Source: Salisapilia sapeloensis CBS 127946 (taxonomy: Eukaryota > Protista > Oomycota). From it: a stretch of DNA of 56,634 nucleotides. Below, one piece after another: positions 52,287 through 56,634 of the stretch. The translations under genes were made by a program, and so were the position numbers. The stretch covers positions 1-56,634 of the forward strand of contig JAADVB010000111.1 in the NCBI GenBank assembly GCA_023334545.1, written 5' to 3'. The notes under the pieces were generated by a model that made no database searches, was not told the DNA's origin, and saw only the letters and a program-made list of their open reading frames with translations. Positions within the stretch are counted from its first letter, which is position 1. Each line of letters starts with the position of its first letter.

Positions 52287-53820
52287 CTACTCTCTCGCTG
52301 CTTTAATCAAGTGGTAGTCGTACCCACTCTCGACCTCAGACACAGTCCTTCCCTTGAGTGCGTCCATTGGTTGCACCCCAAAGGTCATCGTCCACTCGAA
52401 CGCCTGGCCTTGTCCTAGGATCAAATCATCAGTTCCTACCTCCAACATCTTTTTCAAGTACACACATACGAGTCACAAAGGACATTTTGTCAACGCCTTT
52501 CCCAATCGATGTCACATCCGCTACCTCCATCGTCTCATTATCTGTGATAGCGAGAGGAAACTTGTGAGCAGTCGCACGCACTTGCGAAATTTCTTCCGTC
52601 GTTGCCTTATGCCCCGACGGTGTCCTTCCTAGCATCCACAATTGGCTATCCTCTACGTTTCCCTTAGTACGTCACGAAAGATACATCACCCAAGGTCGTT
52701 ACCAGTGATAAATGTCGTATGAAAGTGGCTACATTCAAGCAGCCGAACCGCATCACTCGTCCGCACGAGTCGCGGGACGAGCTGGTCCGAATCCTTCTCA
52801 CTCTCGCCTTCTGGATTCAACAATTTGCCCCACACGTATAGCTCCCCATCCGTCGTGATGGCACAAGAATGGTTAAAGCCAGCATGCACAGAAGCCATGG
52901 GAATGTTTTTCAACGCAAGAAGCTCTTGCGGAGCGTTCACATTGGCTGAGCCGTAGCCCAATTGCCCTCGTTCACCTTTGCCCCATGAAAAGACAGATCC
53001 AGAAGACGTGAGTGCCAGACCGTGTTGATACCCACATGCGATATCAACCACAGCATCATCTTCATCTCCAATCAGAATCTCTGATGGCATATTGACTGTA
53101 TTCGTGTCCGTTCCGTTGCCACATTGGCCGTAGCTATTGGACCCGAGAGCAAAGAGACGACCGCTTTCGGTCAAAATGTATGTAAGAGCAGCACTACAAA
53201 CGATCTTCTTAGCTTTCTCGCCTTCTGGAAGAGGCAAGATAGTCGGGATAAGTGTGTCCACGCGAGCTTTCAAGGCGATGCCATTCACGATACGAAGTAG
53301 TGACGGGAAGAAGCGATTCATGTTGGTCGATCGAAGGACATCTCGGAACGAATGCGTCCGGCCGTACTGATAAGCATCTCCGTCATCCGTGACAAAGCCA
53401 CCATGAGCCCTGGAAATCGATGAGTTTGAATCATGGTGGATGCAATGGAGATGAGTACCATCCGGCGGAGATCTGTCGGATCGCAAGTGATTCCGTGCTG
53501 GCAAGTGGTGTCGGCGATTCGACGTCTTGAAAGTCGCCCATGCCGAGAGAACCTAGATAACCTTTGCCGTAGGAATAGACACCATCTACACACTAAGAGT
53601 TATGATATATCCTAATAACGGTTGGAAGGGTGATAATGGTACGTGGAGTATGAATGCCACGACTGGTGGAGAATGGCGTCAATCCTAGTCATCACAATGC
53701 ATATTCATAAGTATATGGGTCCTTATGACGTGAAACAGTAGGTATACCACTTGATTGCATACCTGCATGTGCCCGTGCGACAGTAGGAAGGAGCCGGACA
53801 TGCCTCCGAAGCTGCGTCAT
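52287..53820 (-). CDS. RCC1-repeat protein with mitochondrial-type presequence (RCC1L/WBSCR16-like); complement(join(52287..52414,52470..52652,52703..53409,53459..53585,53643..53684,53763..53820))
   Basis: Five GT-AG introns (78, 57, 49, 50, 55 nt) keep the frame: MTQLRRHVRLLPTVARAHAGLTPFSTSRGIH.., VYSYGKGYLGSLG, ISAGWAHGGF, FALGSNSYGQCG, IACGYQHGLAL, WGKGERGQLG, HAGFNHSCAI, VESGYDYHL. Orthology to RCC1L is inferred. Confidence 0.82.
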
Positions 53821-54092
53821 TGATTTCTTGTCTTATTTGTGTCCTTGTGTTCGAAACATGTTTCTAACGTTTCCGATCACAACATTCTTGGTAATGGTCG
53901 TACTCACGCATGGCTTCCATCGCATTGTGCTTTGCATGATGGATGAAAGAGCGGTTGAAATGTACACATGCCATCAACTTGTTCGTCCGCATTCATGAAA
54001 CTCGCATGTAATTGCAAACAGTTGAACCGATTCAAAGCAACGTTTCTAACCACGTAATCAGACGTCACGATTTTTTGGGCACAGAAATCGAA

Positions 54093-55401
54093 ATGAGCAA
54101 TCGGTTCGACTTGGAGGCACGTCTGCGTGCGTTGCGAGCGCCCACGAGTACATCTTCACAGTCGTCTCTATCTGAAAATACACCTCCTCCCATCTCTACG
54201 ACTACTTCTAGTCCGATCAATGAGCAAAGTCCATTGCTTTCGCCTACAAACGGAACTATCCGACAAGTTCTCGGACCCGAATATGATGCTGCAGTCCAAC
54301 TAGCTCAACAAGCCATCGCGTATGAGCGACAGCAGCACGTTCGGACTGCTGTCAAGGGATATATCCAAGCAGGACAACAATTAATCCAGCTGGGTCGCAG
54401 CCAGTCGGACCCACAGCTCCAGAAAATGTACACCACTCCATCTAAAATCACCATGATACCCTTTATTCATATCTCTTTTCTATACTAGTATCCGGAAGAA
54501 AGCATTGGCATTACTCCAACGAGCAGAAAAGCTATCCGACTGGCTAGGCAACTCGTCTGACGAAGCTGTTGCCGCTGCATATCAGAAAGCCAAGCAGGTA
54601 GATGAACAAGCATTTGCAGCAAAGCAGGCAAAGGTCGAACGTATGCAGTCTGAAAATCAAAACATTCGCGACAAGCTGCACCAAGTCTCTACTCTCTCTA
54701 CCGTCCGTAATCGCTACTTTCGCCGTAACGCTCGTCGACGACAGAGTAGTCAGTCCCGTCGATCCAGTGATGCATCTAGTACCCCTTCTACCCCCGCTCC
54801 AACAGACCCTTCAACATCAAGCGATACAGACACATCTGATGTGCCTCTATCCAACAAGAAACTAGATCTCGTCAATGAACTCCATGCACGTATCGGGTTA
54901 CCGGAAATCAATCACTTACGGTCCTTCCAACCGCTGCATGATAGTGCAACGGATGAAGCCAAACGGCAACTGCTCGAGTCTGAACTGGATGCTGCACAGC
55001 GTGAGGCAAGAGAGCTTCGCGAAACTTTAAAAAGCATGGAAGAAAGCGTCCGAAAAGCACAAGAAGAGTCGCTCGAAACATCTCAGCGTGTCGAACAAGA
55101 AAAGGAGGATGACTTACAACAAGTCCGAGAGGAATTAGCTCGTGTCCGGGGTGAATTGGAAAAGGAACGACGACTCAGTGCGTCGTTCAACAGCACCCGA
55201 TCTTTCCGATCCACTGACAGCGATGACCCAGATGCGTATGAGAATCCAGACGTCATCCAACGTCTGCGTAAGTCACTTCAAGACATGGACGTATCAGAAC
55301 TCGAGACGGATGAAAGGCAACCTCCGCGGCAACCTCCGCGGCAACTCTCGTCCATGTCGTCCATGTCGTCGCAAGACTCGGACGAAGGTTGTTGGATCTA
55401 A
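54093..55401 (+). CDS. MIT-domain + coiled-coil protein; join(54093..54427,54489..55401)
   Basis: A 61-nt intron (54428-54488) completes an MIT-like three-helix pattern (YDAAVQLAQQAIAYE..AVKGYIQAGQQL..LQKI|IRKKALALLQRAEKL). A downstream coiled coil follows. Confidence 0.75.
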
Positions 55402-55546
55402 TTTCGAAACACATGATCTTTACATGCCCGAATTACTTGCTGTCTGTATATCGTTTACAAGAAAATATGTTGACCTCCTCTCATCCGCATTCGATCCATT
55501 TCCGAATTTTCGTCCGCGCGCGCACTTCTCGAAATCTTTCTCGAAG

Positions 55547-56634
55547 ATGGGTCTCGACGATATCCACGATACGATGGAAGCCATGAGCTTTGCACGTAAA
55601 GCTGCTGGCACAGTGGCTGCCGTGACGATCCTGTTGCTTGTTTCGATCCCGACGGACTTGTTCCTCTTCGCACTGATTGACATTGGTATCCAATGGATCG
55701 TTGCACTCGCGCATGCAATCCCGAAACAGACGGAGCGGTACTTTGATGTGACGGGATCCGCGACACATGTCACGTTGGCTGTCCTCGGTTTCTTGCTGTC
55801 GGACAACAAGAACTGGCGCAACATGCTTTTGACCGTGTTTGTCTGCACTTGGACGATCCGACTTGGCCACTTCTTGTACGTCCGCATCTCCGAAAATGAC
55901 GGTGTTGACAAGCGTTTCCGCGATATTCGCGTCACTCCGCTTCGATTCTTCTCGGCCTGGAGTCTGCAAGGTGTCTGGATCTTTTTGACGCAGCTGCCCG
56001 TCTTCATGAGCTTTGTCCACTCGGATGGAAACTCGAACGTCCACGTCTTGGATGTCTTTGGCATTCTCCTGTGGGTCACCGGCTTCGTCATTGAGGTAGT
56101 CGCCGACCACCAGAAGTGGAACTTCCGCCTCAAGGAAGAGAACAAGGACAAGTTCATCCGTCATGGGCTCTGGTACTACAGCCAGCACCCGAACTACTTT
56201 GGCGAGATGCTCATGTGGTGCGGTATCTACTTTATCAGCGTCCACTCGCTTACAAGCGGTTGGTACATGCTCGTGTCGTTGCTCAGCCCTCTCTTCGTCA
56301 TCTTCCTCTTGACCAAGGTGTCTGGTATCACGCACATGGAAGAGCTGAATGAAGAAAAGTGGGGACTGCTCGAGTCGTACAAGAAGTACAAGAGCCGAAC
56401 CAGCTCCGTTTTGCTTTTGCCGAAGAAGCAGCAGAGCTCGGATGAAGAGGACAAGGACGAGAAGCACTTCTGGGAACAGGACAAGGCTGAGAAGGGTGAG
56501 AAGAGTGGAAGCAAGATGCCTTGGAACAAGAAAGAGTCTAGCAAGGATGAAGACAAGCACTTCTGGGAAAAGAAAGACTCGAGTAAGGACGAGGACAAGC
56601 ACTTCTGGGAAAAGAAAGACTCGAGCAAGGACGA
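55547..56634 (+). CDS. DUF1295 / steroid 5-alpha-reductase-like membrane protein, 3'-partial (runs off the window)
   Basis: Not in the ORF track because it has no stop in the window. From ATG 55547: TERYFDVTGS, WTIRLGHFLYVRI, DKRFRDIR, WSLQGVW, EVVADHQKWNFR, FIRHGLWYYSQHPNYFGEMLMW, LLTKVSGI. The minus-strand ORFs here are its antisense shadows. Confidence 0.9.
   Translation, partial: MGLDDIHDTMEAMSFARKAAGTVAAVTILLLVSIPTDLFLFALIDIGIQWIVALAHAIPKQTERYFDVTGSATHVTLAVLGFLLSDNKNWRNMLLTVFVCTWTIRLGHFLYVRISENDGVDKRFRDIRVTPLRFFSAWSLQGVWIFLTQLPVFMSFVHSDGNSNVHVLDVFGILLWVTGFVIEVVADHQKWNFRLKEENKDKFIRHGLWYYSQHPNYFGEMLMWCGIYFISVHSLTSGWYMLVSLLSPLFVIFLLTKVSGITHMEELNEEKWGLLESYKKYKSRTSSVLLLPKKQQSSDEEDKDEKHFWEQDKAEKGEKSGSKMPWNKKESSKDEDKHFWEKKDSSKDEDKHFWEKKDSSKD
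56543..56634 (+). repeat. 42-nt coding tandem repeat (KDEDKHFWEKKDSS)n
   Basis: Units 56543-56584, 56585-56626 and a partial unit from 56627; differences are at third codon positions only. A diverged copy (KDEKHFWEQDK) lies at ~56453. Confidence 0.92.

Noticed and set aside
55318-55371. 12-nt and 9-nt tandem duplications (RQPPRQPPRQ, SSMSSMSS)
   Set aside because: Slippage in a low-complexity protein tail; no further significance is evident.
55420-56628. Minus-strand ORFs of 245, 373 and 133 aa
   Set aside because: They are antisense to the real DUF1295 gene on the + strand.
1-56634. Bacterial contamination or operon explanation for mscL/pta/lpxK/lipase; CRISPR arrays, rRNA, intact transposons
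   Set aside because: Spliceosomal introns and eukaryotic neighbours argue against contamination. No repeat-spacer array, rRNA, TIR/LTR pair or transposase/RT motifs were seen.

Overview
This is a eukaryotic nuclear window, most consistent with an oomycete (genus not determinable). Support: short (49-78 nt) GT-AG introns with CTAAC/CTGAC-like branch points, oomycete Inr+FPR core promoters, and oomycete-typical families (elicitin-like, M96-like, KRE6/SKN1-like, class II Pta, Staphylococcus/Geobacillus-type lipase). I can support 19 protein-coding genes, one decayed trypsin-like pseudogene and 3 tRNA genes. Twelve genes needed manual splicing or extension beyond the ORF track; this revealed a hidden TAZ zinc-finger exon, a hidden GPI-signal exon of an elicitin-like gene, the full RCC1L and PKA-C genes, and a DUF1295 gene absent from the track. 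Bases 1-27 kb are a mosaic of genes and AT-rich spacers; 27-56.6 kb is tightly packed. The main lead is a ~2,780-aa single-chain four-repeat cyclic-nucleotide-gated channel (CNGK-like) with four different pore loops, in which only repeat III keeps an intact nucleotide-binding cassette; it lies immediately downstream of a PKA catalytic subunit gene. Other leads are spliced prokaryote-type genes (MscL with a zinc ribbon, lipid A kinase LpxK), Pta with a mitochondrial-type presequence, and a 146-nt foldback. All family calls come from motif recognition by eye; no database search was run.
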